Below, in pieces: positions 48,966-56,585 of a stretch of 64,000 nt of DNA. The stretch comes from a virus: positions 32,001-96,000 of the IMG/VR virus record IMGVR_UViG_3300025137_000020; one strand, given 5' to 3'. The number at the start of each line of letters is the position of its first letter. Position 1 is the first letter of the stretch. Under the pieces are notes generated by a model that did not search any database, was not told the DNA's origin, and saw nothing but the letters and a program-made list of their open reading frames with translations. A program made the translations under genes and the position numbers.

Positions 48966-49574
48966 GACTTTAATTGCAATCTTTTTCAACTTCTCTGTAT
49001 TTATCCATTGGGACAAAAATGTTTTGTTGTTTTTATAGTGAACCAGTTTTTGTGGCCACTGTAAAGTTTCTTCGCATACCTTCTCTGCTCGAGATACAAA
49101 GTCAGTCATTAAATCTAAGGCTACAATCGTAGACATAGAAGTATGTTTAAATACTGGTGGTATACTATTAGTGTCTGCTGTCAGAAGTTCATCAAACGAC
49201 TGCACCTCTTTAGTTGCTTTCTTTAATTCTCTTTCAAAGTTATATGCTTGAGATTGTAACCAAGATTGTAGTTCTTCGTACAGGCTCTCGTCATACTCTC
49301 TAATGAAATAGTTTCCTACATTAGCATTAACATATGCTAATTTAATTACTGCATCTTGAGTAGGATAATCTCTAGCTATCTTTTTATATAGCCATTGATT
49401 CTTATCTGCTGCAAACTTGTTATGGTTAAACCAAGGCATCTTATATCGATACTTGACTGCATCATAGCTCTTTGTTCTAAAGTGGTGATTCACTGCATTG
49501 CAGATACACCAAGCTGCGTATGGGTCTGATTTAACCAAAGGGTAATTCGTTTCCGTTCGTATTTGGGATAACAT
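48954..49574 (-). CDS. gp59: Helicase loader gp59-like
   Basis: AVNHHFRTKSYDAVKYRYK resembles the gp59 N-terminus; gene order 33-59-32; start uncertain. Confidence 0.72.
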   Translation of the reverse strand: MLSQIRTETNYPLVKSDPYAAWCICNAVNHHFRTKSYDAVKYRYKMPWFNHNKFAADKNQWLYKKIARDYPTQDAVIKLAYVNANVGNYFIREYDESLYEELQSWLQSQAYNFERELKKATKEVQSFDELLTADTNSIPPVFKHTSMSTIVALDLMTDFVSRAEKVCEETLQWPQKLVHYKNNKTFLSQWINTEKLKKIAIKVFTT

Positions 49575-49785
49575 TGAACTTCATTGCTTCAGCTTCCAAC
49601 TTAGCCTTGAGTGGTCCTTTAACTAATTTTGCAATGTCATGCGGATCAATAGCAAATTCTTCGCATACATCGAGTAAAGCTTCGGAGTATTTCATACCAT
49701 CTGTATGTACTAATAAGCAGACTTTTTCTGCTAATGATTTTTTCGTAAATGCCACAGGCACCTGTGGAGTTTTTTGTTTTGCCAT
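49531..49785 (-). CDS. gp33: Late transcription coactivator gp33
   Basis: Start placed at ATG 49785; MKYSEALLDVCEE..ID...IAKLV...LKAKLEAEA. Confidence 0.85.
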   Translation of the reverse strand: MAKQKTPQVPVAFTKKSLAEKVCLLVHTDGMKYSEALLDVCEEFAIDPHDIAKLVKGPLKAKLEAEAMKFNVIPNTNGNELPFG

Positions 49786-49809
49786 AGTTTGTTTTAAAAA
49801 TATAATATT

Positions 49810-49838
49810 ATTATACCATTTCTGGTGTAAAGTGTCAA
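49810..49838 (-). promoter_or_regulatory. Consensus sigma70 promoter upstream of gp33
   Basis: TTGACA-17 bp-TATAAT with an extended -10 TG. Confidence 0.85.
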
Positions 49839-49939
49839 CTCTTATTGCCGTAAATGGTAACATATATCAATCGGCATATAGCATAGACACTCACTACACC
49901 AATCACAACAGTTCCGAACTCGGCTAGTTTTGATAACAT
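49835..49939 (-). CDS. Small membrane peptide (34 aa)
   Basis: Hand translation MLSKLAEFGTVVIGVVSVYAICRLIYVTIYGNKS; fills the gap, 4 nt after the upstream stop. Confidence 0.5.
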   Translation of the reverse strand: MLSKLAEFGTVVIGVVSVYAICRLIYVTIYGNKS

Positions 49940-49943
49940 GTAA

Positions 49944-50228
49944 TTACTCATCTGGTAGAAGCCCTCTAATTTGCGAAGGTGTATAACCTTCTGATTCTAG
50001 TAACTCAATAACAATATCTTTATCGACATTACCGTACACCTGGTCTCCGTTCATACCAAGCTCTGGAATCTTCCCAAAGGTATTACCTTCAAAGTAAGCT
50101 AGCTCATAACTAAAGTATGGACCTTGGTCGTGCTTAGGCGAACAATAGTGGAACTCACTCGCCTGCACTGAAAGCTCTCCGTCGCGGAATGGTATCGTTG
50201 GGTTTTGCGGTTTCATTTTAATATTCAT
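49944..50228 (-). CDS. Hypothetical protein
   Basis: 94 aa, LSVQASEFHYCSPK motif; AAGGAG upstream. Confidence 0.7.
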   Translation of the reverse strand: MNIKMKPQNPTIPFRDGELSVQASEFHYCSPKHDQGPYFSYELAYFEGNTFGKIPELGMNGDQVYGNVDKDIVIELLESEGYTPSQIRGLLPDE

Positions 50229-50385
50229 CGATTTCTCCTTTGTAGCCCGCGTGAACTAATACGCTTGGTGTGACTTCGTCTTTGATAGACTCGACAAACT
50301 TTGAGTCGAGTTCTAATAGCTTTTTGACAATCTTGACCATCAGTTGTTCTGATAGTGTTAGTTTCTTTAATTTAGTTATTTGCAT
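50218..50385 (-). CDS. Hypothetical protein (55 aa)
   Basis: Hand translation MQITKLKKLTLSEQLMVKIV...GYKGEIDEY; overlaps both neighbours. Confidence 0.55.
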   Translation of the reverse strand: MQITKLKKLTLSEQLMVKIVKKLLELDSKFVESIKDEVTPSVLVHAGYKGEIDEY

Positions 50386-51494
50386 AATATAATTTTACAG
50401 TGTTCATTTACTCTGCCATTCACTGGCTGTTTGTTACCTTTTAGTTTATCCCAACCCTTTACCAAATCAGCTGTAGACAATATTGTTTCTACTTGATTAG
50501 CTCGGATTGTGAATTGTTGACTCTTATCTTTATCAAAGTCTTTGATAGACGTACCTCGTACAGATAATCCATTTCGCGTAAGAGCAGAATACTTTTGTAA
50601 TTTTCTGGTCTTTTGATTGAATAAGACTACATGGCTTGAACCAGGAATCTTAACCGCTGACACATCGGAATTTTCTTTATCGTAATTCATGTCACGAACT
50701 TGAGCGCCCGCGGGCTTCACTTTCTTGACTCGAACAATGGTTTTTGCGTTCGCCTTTTCGTACTTTGATACGTCGGCTTTCATCTTTTCTAAAGTCTTAA
50801 CCCATTTGTTCAGTTCACGTCTGCTGAGGAAAGAATAACCTTCTACCATTTGGTCGCAGGTTTTCTCGTATGCTTCTTTGGCATCACTAATATGTCTGTC
50901 TAAGAAGTCATGTACAAACTTGCAGCCTCTAGACGGAATACTTGCTCCGGCTAAGAGTGTTGCGATATGTACCGATGCAATATTACTTGCATCTTCAGAC
51001 CAATCATCAAGTGCGTAATCAATGTGCGAGATAACTTCAGCATCTACTTTTTGCTCCAATCGTTTCATTGGTGAAATAGCTGGTGCTTTTGGTTTATCAT
51101 TTGCTACATGGCCATCTTCACTAGATATAAAGTCTAGATTCTTAGCCTTTATAATGCATGTACCAATATTGTTCTTTAAGTACGGATTAGCATAAGGCAT
51201 TCCACGATTAATCATTCGAGCAATCTTTCCTAGGGTGGTCACGCCAACCTTTTCTCCATGCTTCTTAATGAGTTTAATGTCACTCTTTGAATAGCTGTTA
51301 TCAGCCATGTATGCCAATAGGTCTGGTATCAAATCTTTTGCAGAGGTGTAATAGGCATAAAATCCTAGTGCACTACTGAATTTCTTCTCAACCGCTTCTG
51401 GTGATAATAGACTAACATCGTCCCAAGTTGGTTCGGTGCCAGTGTAATTAGCATCATCTGCTTTTACTTCGCCTGTTCGTGTGAATACTCCCAT
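50376..51494 (-). CDS. Conserved hypothetical T4-like protein
   Basis: 372 aa; DQMVEGYSFL, LFNQKTRKL, GLSVRGTSI, NGRVNEHCKIIL resemble a family seen in marine T4-like phages. Confidence 0.65.
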   Translation of the reverse strand: MGVFTRTGEVKADDANYTGTEPTWDDVSLLSPEAVEKKFSSALGFYAYYTSAKDLIPDLLAYMADNSYSKSDIKLIKKHGEKVGVTTLGKIARMINRGMPYANPYLKNNIGTCIIKAKNLDFISSEDGHVANDKPKAPAISPMKRLEQKVDAEVISHIDYALDDWSEDASNIASVHIATLLAGASIPSRGCKFVHDFLDRHISDAKEAYEKTCDQMVEGYSFLSRRELNKWVKTLEKMKADVSKYEKANAKTIVRVKKVKPAGAQVRDMNYDKENSDVSAVKIPGSSHVVLFNQKTRKLQKYSALTRNGLSVRGTSIKDFDKDKSQQFTIRANQVETILSTADLVKGWDKLKGNKQPVNGRVNEHCKIILCK

Positions 51495-51688
51495 TATAGA
51501 TATGTCCCCATTAGTGATAGTTCATCTTGAATGTCATCGTCGGTAGTTGGTAACGCATCATATGCGAAAACACCTTCGTTGACGTTAATTTTGTTGCCCT
51601 TCGGGTCAGCTACCGGTTCACCAGTAGTGTCATTGTACCAGCCGATCTCGTCGTCATACAATATTTTATCTTTTTTTGGTCTTGCCAT
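51494..51688 (-). CDS. Hypothetical protein
   Basis: 64 aa, coupled to the downstream ORF; promoter upstream. Confidence 0.65.
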   Translation of the reverse strand: MARPKKDKILYDDEIGWYNDTTGEPVADPKGNKINVNEGVFAYDALPTTDDDIQDELSLMGTYL

Positions 51689-51726
51689 AATATATATTTT
51701 TTTCCTAATTGATTGTTATAATATCT

Positions 51727-51755
51727 AATTTACACTATTCTTCGTCATCTGTCAA
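51727..51755 (-). promoter_or_regulatory. Sigma70-type promoter
   Basis: TTGACA-17 bp-TAAATT upstream of ORF 51494-51688. Confidence 0.6.
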
Positions 51756-51932
51756 CAAAAATCTGTCAATAAATGGATTTAAAAACGGGAATGCACATCG
51801 AAAACTCAAATACAGAATTTGCAATGGAACCACCGCTAGCACAATAATAAATTCTAAAGATACCTTCAGTAGTACACTGATGCTAGCTTCAATAGAAGCA
51901 TCTAAGTGTTCAAAGTATTCTCTAGTTGTCAT
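51735..51932 (-). CDS. Hypothetical membrane protein
   Basis: 65 aa with one hydrophobic segment. Confidence 0.55.
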   Translation of the reverse strand: MTTREYFEHLDASIEASISVLLKVSLEFIIVLAVVPLQILYLSFRCAFPFLNPFIDRFLLTDDEE

Positions 51933-52149
51933 TTATAATTGCATTAATAGTCTCGCCCATGCATTTTAGCTCATTGCGAACATCATCTTTATGTGATGCG
52001 TAATGACCCATTGCCTCATCTAATCTTTCGACTGCTACTTTAGCAACCTTCGCGCGATCTTCTATAATAGCCGCGGGTTTTGTACTTGAGGTATTACCAC
52101 CTACTATTTCTAGGATAACCTCAGTTTGTGTTTTAGTTGTATTTTCCAT
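51922..52149 (-). CDS. Hypothetical protein
   Basis: 75 aa in the tightly packed early cluster. Confidence 0.6.
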   Translation of the reverse strand: MENTTKTQTEVILEIVGGNTSSTKPAAIIEDRAKVAKVAVERLDEAMGHYASHKDDVRNELKCMGETINAIINDN

Positions 52150-52158
52150 AATAAATTT

Positions 52159-52443
52159 CTATCCAACTGCTTGGTTTGAGCCATAGTCATCAATTTCGTA
52201 ATAATAACCATCAGCGTGTGACGCGTCTTTTAGTGAAATACAAACACAATATGGCCACCTGCCAGATTTAGTAAGATACTTATATCGATTTGGATTGTTC
52301 TTTCCAAGTCGACCTTGTAACTTTAGTCGTATTCCAGTTCCACGAATAGCTTTACGGATCGCAGCCACTGCTTCCATATCTTTGACACTATCCATATTGA
52401 ATGTTCCAGCGTAACCCGGTACTCTACCATTTTTTATTTTCAT
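52159..52443 (-). CDS. Hypothetical protein
   Basis: 94 aa, basic, RLKLQGRLGKNNP motif. Confidence 0.62.
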   Translation of the reverse strand: MKIKNGRVPGYAGTFNMDSVKDMEAVAAIRKAIRGTGIRLKLQGRLGKNNPNRYKYLTKSGRWPYCVCISLKDASHADGYYYEIDDYGSNQAVG

Positions 52444-52654
52444 AATCTATTTAATACTATTTTGATAATTCTGTTCTATTTTTTCGAGTCCATCTTGCTT
52501 TCACGACAAGAGGATTATTTTCACAAGCCGGTAACATTCGCTTAAATGTTTCCCAACTCGGCTTTGGCGGAGGTAAGTCCGTCCACATTTTCATTCTTGC
52601 TTTATCTTCCATAATTTACTTAATACTATTTTGATAATTCGCTTCTAATTTTTC
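52441..52654. repeat. 45-bp imperfect direct repeat (52441-52485 and 52610-52654)
   Basis: Manual alignment gives 40/45 identity with an identical 21-bp core ttaatactattttgataattc. Confidence 0.85.
52457..52612 (-). CDS. Hypothetical protein (51 aa)
   Basis: Hand translation MEDKARMKMWTDLPPPKPSWETFKRMLPACENNPLVVKARWTRKNRTELSK; lies between the repeats. Confidence 0.5.
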   Translation of the reverse strand: MEDKARMKMWTDLPPPKPSWETFKRMLPACENNPLVVKARWTRKNRTELSK

Positions 52655-52798
52655 AGCAGTCTCTTTGCCGAATACTTTATCCATACCTTTGTATGGGCAA
52701 CCTAATTTACCACGATTGTGATTATAATTAGCTTGGGTCAATGTGTCAACCAAAGACTTTGTCTCAGCTGAGTTTGTTGGTAAATTAATGCTATACAT
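52616..52798 (-). CDS. Hypothetical protein
   Basis: 60 aa, GGAG upstream. Confidence 0.6.
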   Translation of the reverse strand: MYSINLPTNSAETKSLVDTLTQANYNHNRGKLGCPYKGMDKVFGKETAEKLEANYQNSIK

Positions 52799-52895
52799 TT
52801 TTTGATTTCTCCAATTCTATTAGTCCTAACTTATAAAGAACTTTTTGTACAATTGTCGCTTTGCGATATAAAAGACGCTGATATCTTGCTGTCAT
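52791..52895 (-). CDS. Hypothetical peptide (34 aa)
   Basis: Hand translation MTARYQRLLYRKATIVQKVLYKLGLIELEKSKNV; GAGG upstream. Confidence 0.45.
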   Translation of the reverse strand: MTARYQRLLYRKATIVQKVLYKLGLIELEKSKNV

Positions 52896-52897
52896 AA

Positions 52898-53392
52898 TTA
52901 GTACCTCACTCCTGTCCAACGAACTGATTTGACCCGTAAGTCTTCGACTGAATCGTCGATAACATTTCCTCGAGCGAAGTTTCGAGCGGGAGCGTTATAA
53001 CCTGCTGCCTTTAGAAGGTCGCCGTATTTAAATTTCTTATCTTTCTTAGTGTTAACGATGAATCCCCAAACTCCACTACCAGTCATAATCTTGATGTATT
53101 TGGAGCCTTTCTTTTCGCTGATCGTTGTAGCAAACTTGTGATACATATTTTCGGCAATCACATCAGACTCGCTAGGCTGACATTCATAAGCTGTCTTGTC
53201 TTCTGGTATTTTAGACCAAGTTTTGTAATCTTCTGATATTAGACATTTAATCAAATCTACCGCGTCATACATTTCACGGCCTGCTTTAACTAGATGATGA
53301 TCGGCAGGTAAATCCCCACCTAAAATCCTAACCGCGGCCGGTTCTGATTTGTTTACCTTAGCGTTGGTCGCTACCCAATTTACTAAACTCAT
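52898..53392 (-). CDS. Conserved phage early protein
   Basis: Start placed at ATG 53392 downstream of the promoter; GSKYIKI...VWGFIV...GDLLKAAGYNAPARNFARGN motif is widespread in phage early genes. Confidence 0.7.
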   Translation of the reverse strand: MSLVNWVATNAKVNKSEPAAVRILGGDLPADHHLVKAGREMYDAVDLIKCLISEDYKTWSKIPEDKTAYECQPSESDVIAENMYHKFATTISEKKGSKYIKIMTGSGVWGFIVNTKKDKKFKYGDLLKAAGYNAPARNFARGNVIDDSVEDLRVKSVRWTGVRY

Positions 53393-53419
53393 ATTTGATT
53401 TTCCCTCTTTCATATGTAT

Positions 53420-53448
53420 ATTATACCATATTTGGGCACAGTTGTACA
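53420..53448 (-). promoter_or_regulatory. Early sigma70-type promoter heading the small-ORF cluster
   Basis: TGTACA-17 bp-TATAAT with an extended -10 TG. Confidence 0.72.
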
Positions 53449-53474
53449 CGGCTTTGTAAGATAAATGCATCTAT

Positions 53475-53554
53475 AAGTCGTTGATATGCAATGACTTGCG
53501 ATTACGGCGAAAAAACCCACAAAAAATGTATAAGTGATACAGCCGCAAGGACTT
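53475..53554. promoter_or_regulatory. Pair of 23-bp AAGT-N15-ACTT palindromic boxes
   Basis: aagtcgttgatatgcaatgactt (53475-53497) and aagtgatacagccgcaaggactt (53532-53554). Confidence 0.5.
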
Positions 53555-53819
53555 ATGAATTATACACAATATCGGCCAGATGGCTTTCGAACTTTTCGAT
53601 TACCTGTACCCTATTCGGCCAAAGAATATACTCTTTATCGGGGTTTTGTTTGAGGTTAGCCAATAAAGGCTTTACTGCATTGTGCAGTTTCTTTAATTTC
53701 TCTTCGTTTTCTGTAGCAGTTGATGCTGAGGCGGTGGCTTTTTGAGCTACCTCTAGTTCACTCTCATTAACTGCAGTGAACCCGAAGTCATCTATTGTCC
53801 AAAATTCGTCTGATGCCAT
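53553..53819 (-). CDS. Conserved hypothetical T4-like protein
   Basis: Start placed at ATG 53819; DFGFTAV..., PLLANLKQNPDKEYILWPNR. Confidence 0.72.
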   Translation of the reverse strand: MASDEFWTIDDFGFTAVNESELEVAQKATASASTATENEEKLKKLHNAVKPLLANLKQNPDKEYILWPNRVQVIEKFESHLADIVYNS

Positions 53820-53823
53820 AATA

Positions 53824-54111
53824 TTAATCCTCGTCACTGCCTAGACTACTACGATGTTTGTCTGTGATATGTCTTTCTTGTATAAGAATCTTTAGTTTCA
53901 TATCCAGGCGAATCATGTCGTTATCTAGCGCTTGAACCTGTTTCTTTAGTTTACCTAATGATGAACCTGCAGAATTAAGAGCTGGTTTAACTTCTCTTGT
54001 TACCCATTTCCATATATACCAGATAAAATATCCGCATAACAATAATGCAATAACGGGAAACCCGTAAGTTCCTATTGTATCTGCCCAAAAACTAAAATCT
54101 CTTCCACTCAT
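53824..54111 (-). CDS. Small membrane protein (TM plus coiled coil; holin-like candidate)
   Basis: IGTYGFPVIALLLCGYFIWYIWKW then coiled coil LDNDMIRLD. Confidence 0.6.
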   Translation of the reverse strand: MSGRDFSFWADTIGTYGFPVIALLLCGYFIWYIWKWVTREVKPALNSAGSSLGKLKKQVQALDNDMIRLDMKLKILIQERHITDKHRSSLGSDED

Positions 54112-54112
54112 A

Positions 54113-54397
54113 TTAATCGTCTCTGCAATCTTCTTTGCCTTCGCTTGCTGCGACTCGCGCGAGATTTGGTTCTACGTTGAATGCACTAGAGAATAAACAA
54201 TCAATCTTTACAATATCGTTATTCATTACATCACATTTGTTTTCAAGTGCGAGTAATGATTTTGATATACCATCTACCTGATCTGTAACTTGTGCTAAAA
54301 TAAACTTTAGAATTAGAAATAGGAATCCACCACAGGCTAATGCTACGGTAATTGGTACTCCTACTTGGTTGATAAAATTGAGTATATCTCCAGTCAT
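54113..54397 (-). CDS. Small membrane protein, paralogue of the downstream gene (holin-like candidate)
   Basis: INQVGVPITVALACGGFLFLILKFIL then MNNDIVKID; late promoter directly upstream. Confidence 0.6.
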   Translation of the reverse strand: MTGDILNFINQVGVPITVALACGGFLFLILKFILAQVTDQVDGISKSLLALENKCDVMNNDIVKIDCLFSSAFNVEPNLARVAASEGKEDCRDD

Positions 54398-54402
54398 AAG
54401 TA

Positions 54403-54410
54403 TATTTATA
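54403..54410 (-). promoter_or_regulatory. T4-type late promoter
   Basis: Exact TATAAATA 5 nt before ATG 54397. Confidence 0.85.
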
Positions 54411-54411
54411 C

Positions 54412-54446
54412 AAAAAGACCCCTACAACACAAAGTTATAGGGGTCT
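54412..54446 (-). terminator. Rho-independent terminator after the beta-barrel gene
   Basis: Minus strand AGACCCCTATAAC-TTTGT-GTTGTAGGGGTCT followed by TTTT. Confidence 0.82.
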
Positions 54447-54464
54447 AAGTGATATTTAATTAGA

Positions 54465-55175
54465 TTAGAAGCTGAAAGCTACACCAAAATCGAGGGTTCC
54501 TTCCCACGCATCGTTGGTTCCAGCGTATCCGCTTAGATCATTATTCAAGTAATTATACTGCGCGTACAGAGCTTTATACTGAGCTCTTACGAATCCTAGT
54601 GTATAACTATAGTCATCTGCGTATCCAAATGACTGGCCTAAGCCTCCACCGACATATAGGTCAAGTGAATTCTTTGACACCAAGAGTTGAGCAACTGAGG
54701 CTTCAACAACTCCTGCTTGATCTTCATCAATAGAAACGTCAATCTGTGTGGTAAACACATCAAGCACGTTAAGATCGTATACGGCATAAAGCTCATACAC
54801 ATCGTCACTACCATCAGCTTGTGATAATAGTACTCCTGTACCTAGTGCACCGATTGGTGTACTTAGTGTAGTTCCAACTGAAACATACAGCTCAGAAGTG
54901 TCTGAATCAACATACTCTAGATCGCCTCGTAGACCGATTGCCTTAAAGATAGGCAGGTCTGCACCGACTTTATAATATAGAGAATCTTCTGAACTCGCAT
55001 AAGAGCCAGAATCGATCCGTTTTTCATATTGACCCACTTCTACATCAACGAAAGTCTTAGCTGCAATTTCTTGAGCTTCAGCTTTACCTGAGAAGAATAA
55101 TAGGTATCCGACGATCACCACGATAGCAGCGATAGTCCATTTACATGTTACTAGTTTTGTTAGTATTTTTTTCAT
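54465..55175 (-). CDS. Outer-membrane beta-barrel (porin-like) protein
   Basis: Start placed at ATG 55175; basic/hydrophobic leader ending AEA-Q; alternating amphipathic strands rich in Y/G/D; C-terminal LDFGVAFSF beta-signal. Confidence 0.72.
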   Translation of the reverse strand: MKKILTKLVTCKWTIAAIVVIVGYLLFFSGKAEAQEIAAKTFVDVEVGQYEKRIDSGSYASSEDSLYYKVGADLPIFKAIGLRGDLEYVDSDTSELYVSVGTTLSTPIGALGTGVLLSQADGSDDVYELYAVYDLNVLDVFTTQIDVSIDEDQAGVVEASVAQLLVSKNSLDLYVGGGLGQSFGYADDYSYTLGFVRAQYKALYAQYNYLNNDLSGYAGTNDAWEGTLDFGVAFSF

Positions 55176-55250
55176 ATTTACTTTTGTGTTAAACGAAGAC
55201 ACACCCGTGTCCTCTTTTAAATTTTTTGTTACTCCCAAATGGCTCTGTGC

Positions 55251-55736
55251 TTATCTCTTCCCGCCGGGTGTAAAATAGAACCCGATGATTGCCCCCAAAG
55301 TGGTAATCGAGATGAGCGAGATGTGCCCTGTTGTAATTGATGTGGTGACTCCACTGTCGAGCGGCACTTTGAACAGTCCCCACAAGACGCTGATTTCTTT
55401 GAATTGTTCTGGTGGAACAAAGGTGACGAGGTCAATGCTGGGGTAACATGTGCAGAGTATGGAGATGGTTGCAAAGTTGAGCATCCCAATAAGTGCGATA
55501 AGACGACGAGTAGCACGAGTAAATAAAGAAGATTCTGTATCAGTTGCTTCTCCAAAAACAGCCTTTTGAAATGCCAGGTTTGAGTTACCCATTTGCATGT
55601 CTCTAACCAGTTCTCTTTTTGCTTTTGCTTCTTTGTTTTCATTTGCGCTTTGTATAAATCCACCAACTATCTTGAGCATTGAACCCATTCCGGTTGCTCC
55701 TAGAGTTGATAGTAACATTGTAACCAATCCGAACAT
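55251..55736 (-). CDS. Three-TM membrane protein (holin-like candidate)
   Basis: 161 aa, three hydrophobic segments, C-terminal LGAIIGFYF..GGKR. Confidence 0.55.
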   Translation of the reverse strand: MFGLVTMLLSTLGATGMGSMLKIVGGFIQSANENKEAKAKRELVRDMQMGNSNLAFQKAVFGEATDTESSLFTRATRRLIALIGMLNFATISILCTCYPSIDLVTFVPPEQFKEISVLWGLFKVPLDSGVTTSITTGHISLISITTLGAIIGFYFTPGGKR

Positions 55737-55745
55737 AAAATTTGT

Positions 55746-55770
55746 GGTGGTTTATACGGCCCACCTACCG
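55746..55770 (-). promoter_or_regulatory. Predicted H-type pseudoknot in 5' leader
   Basis: CGGT-A-GGTGG-GCCG-TATAAA-CCACC, ending 9 nt before ATG 55736. Confidence 0.5.
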
Positions 55771-55771
55771 G

Positions 55772-55945
55772 TTATTTGCCTAGATGTTTCTTCCACTTAG
55801 CGGGAAGGTCTTCAATCTTAGCTTCTAGTTCCTTAGCCGTCGATTCAGCTTCAGCCACTAACTTATTTACCTTTTTGATGTTATTGCGTACGACTAATGC
55901 GCCGACAACAAAACCAACGATGAATATAATTATTGTTGTAATCAT
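55772..55945 (-). CDS. Small TM plus coiled-coil protein (57 aa)
   Basis: Hand translation MITTIIIFIVGFVVGALVVRNNIKKVNKLVAEAESTAKELEAKIEDLPAKWKKHLGK. Confidence 0.65.
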   Translation of the reverse strand: MITTIIIFIVGFVVGALVVRNNIKKVNKLVAEAESTAKELEAKIEDLPAKWKKHLGK

Positions 55946-55957
55946 TATTTAGTTTAT

Positions 55958-56146
55958 TTAGTTTATCATGCCATGGCTACATGCGCCAGAGCAGATATGT
56001 TGCATTGTAGCATGTTCAGTACTGCATTCTTCATCTTGATGACCACAGCCACAGCCATTCAAGGAATTTAGGATTATTAGTCCTGCGATAATAAGAGCGC
56101 CAATAATGACTTTCTTATTCTTTAGGTATTTTACATATTGTTCCAT
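55958..56146 (-). CDS. Small Cys/His-rich putative lipoprotein
   Basis: Start placed at ATG 56146 after the late promoter; KNKK, hydrophobic stretch, LNG-C lipobox-like. Confidence 0.6.
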   Translation of the reverse strand: MEQYVKYLKNKKVIIGALIIAGLIILNSLNGCGCGHQDEECSTEHATMQHICSGACSHGMIN

Positions 56147-56153
56147 AGTATAT

Positions 56154-56585
56154 CTATTTATAAAAGATGTGCCGTCCAATGACCGCGGTTTTTCTCATAC
56201 TTTTAGTCCAATAAGGACTCTTAATATAATTAGCGTGATAGTGATCAGCTCCGTTAACATAATTGCTTTCTCTGCCCAATGCTCTTTTGGCGATTTCCCA
56301 ACGAGGGTGTGACTTGGCTTTTGTGATTCCGTCTTCTACTGAAATTTCATTCCAACAAGAAAATTGTTTTCTCTGTAAACATACTTCCGCTGGAGTTAAA
56401 TTTCTTTTCATTGCTCTATTCACTATCACCTCGTGAACTGCTTCAATCGCGCCGACATAATATTCACCACCTGCTTCTAAGATGATAGTTGCAATAACTA
56501 CATCTTGTTCATAAGTACTGCCCTCACAACTTTTGCAACCAATGATTGCAGCCATCATAACTAACCATGCTAATATAATCTTCAT
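56154..56585 (-). CDS. SleB/Hydrolase_2-family cell-wall hydrolase
   Basis: IILEAGGE (catalytic Glu), [29 protein letters not shown]; N-terminal signal/lipobox-like IIG-C. Confidence 0.88.
   Translation of the reverse strand: MKIILAWLVMMAAIIGCKSCEGSTYEQDVVIATIILEAGGEYYVGAIEAVHEVIVNRAMKRNLTPAEVCLQRKQFSCWNEISVEDGITKAKSHPRWEIAKRALGRESNYVNGADHYHANYIKSPYWTKSMRKTAVIGRHIFYK
56155..56162 (-). promoter_or_regulatory. T4-type late promoter within the last codons of the SleB gene
   Basis: Exact TATAAATA 8 nt before ATG 56146. Confidence 0.75.

Noticed and set aside
3942-55238. Upstream extensions in track ORFs (3959, 13510, 35587, 42979, 49863, 53470, 53837, 55238)
   Set aside because: They overlap neighbouring genes or lie upstream of the promoter; downstream ATGs fit gene packing and family N-termini better.
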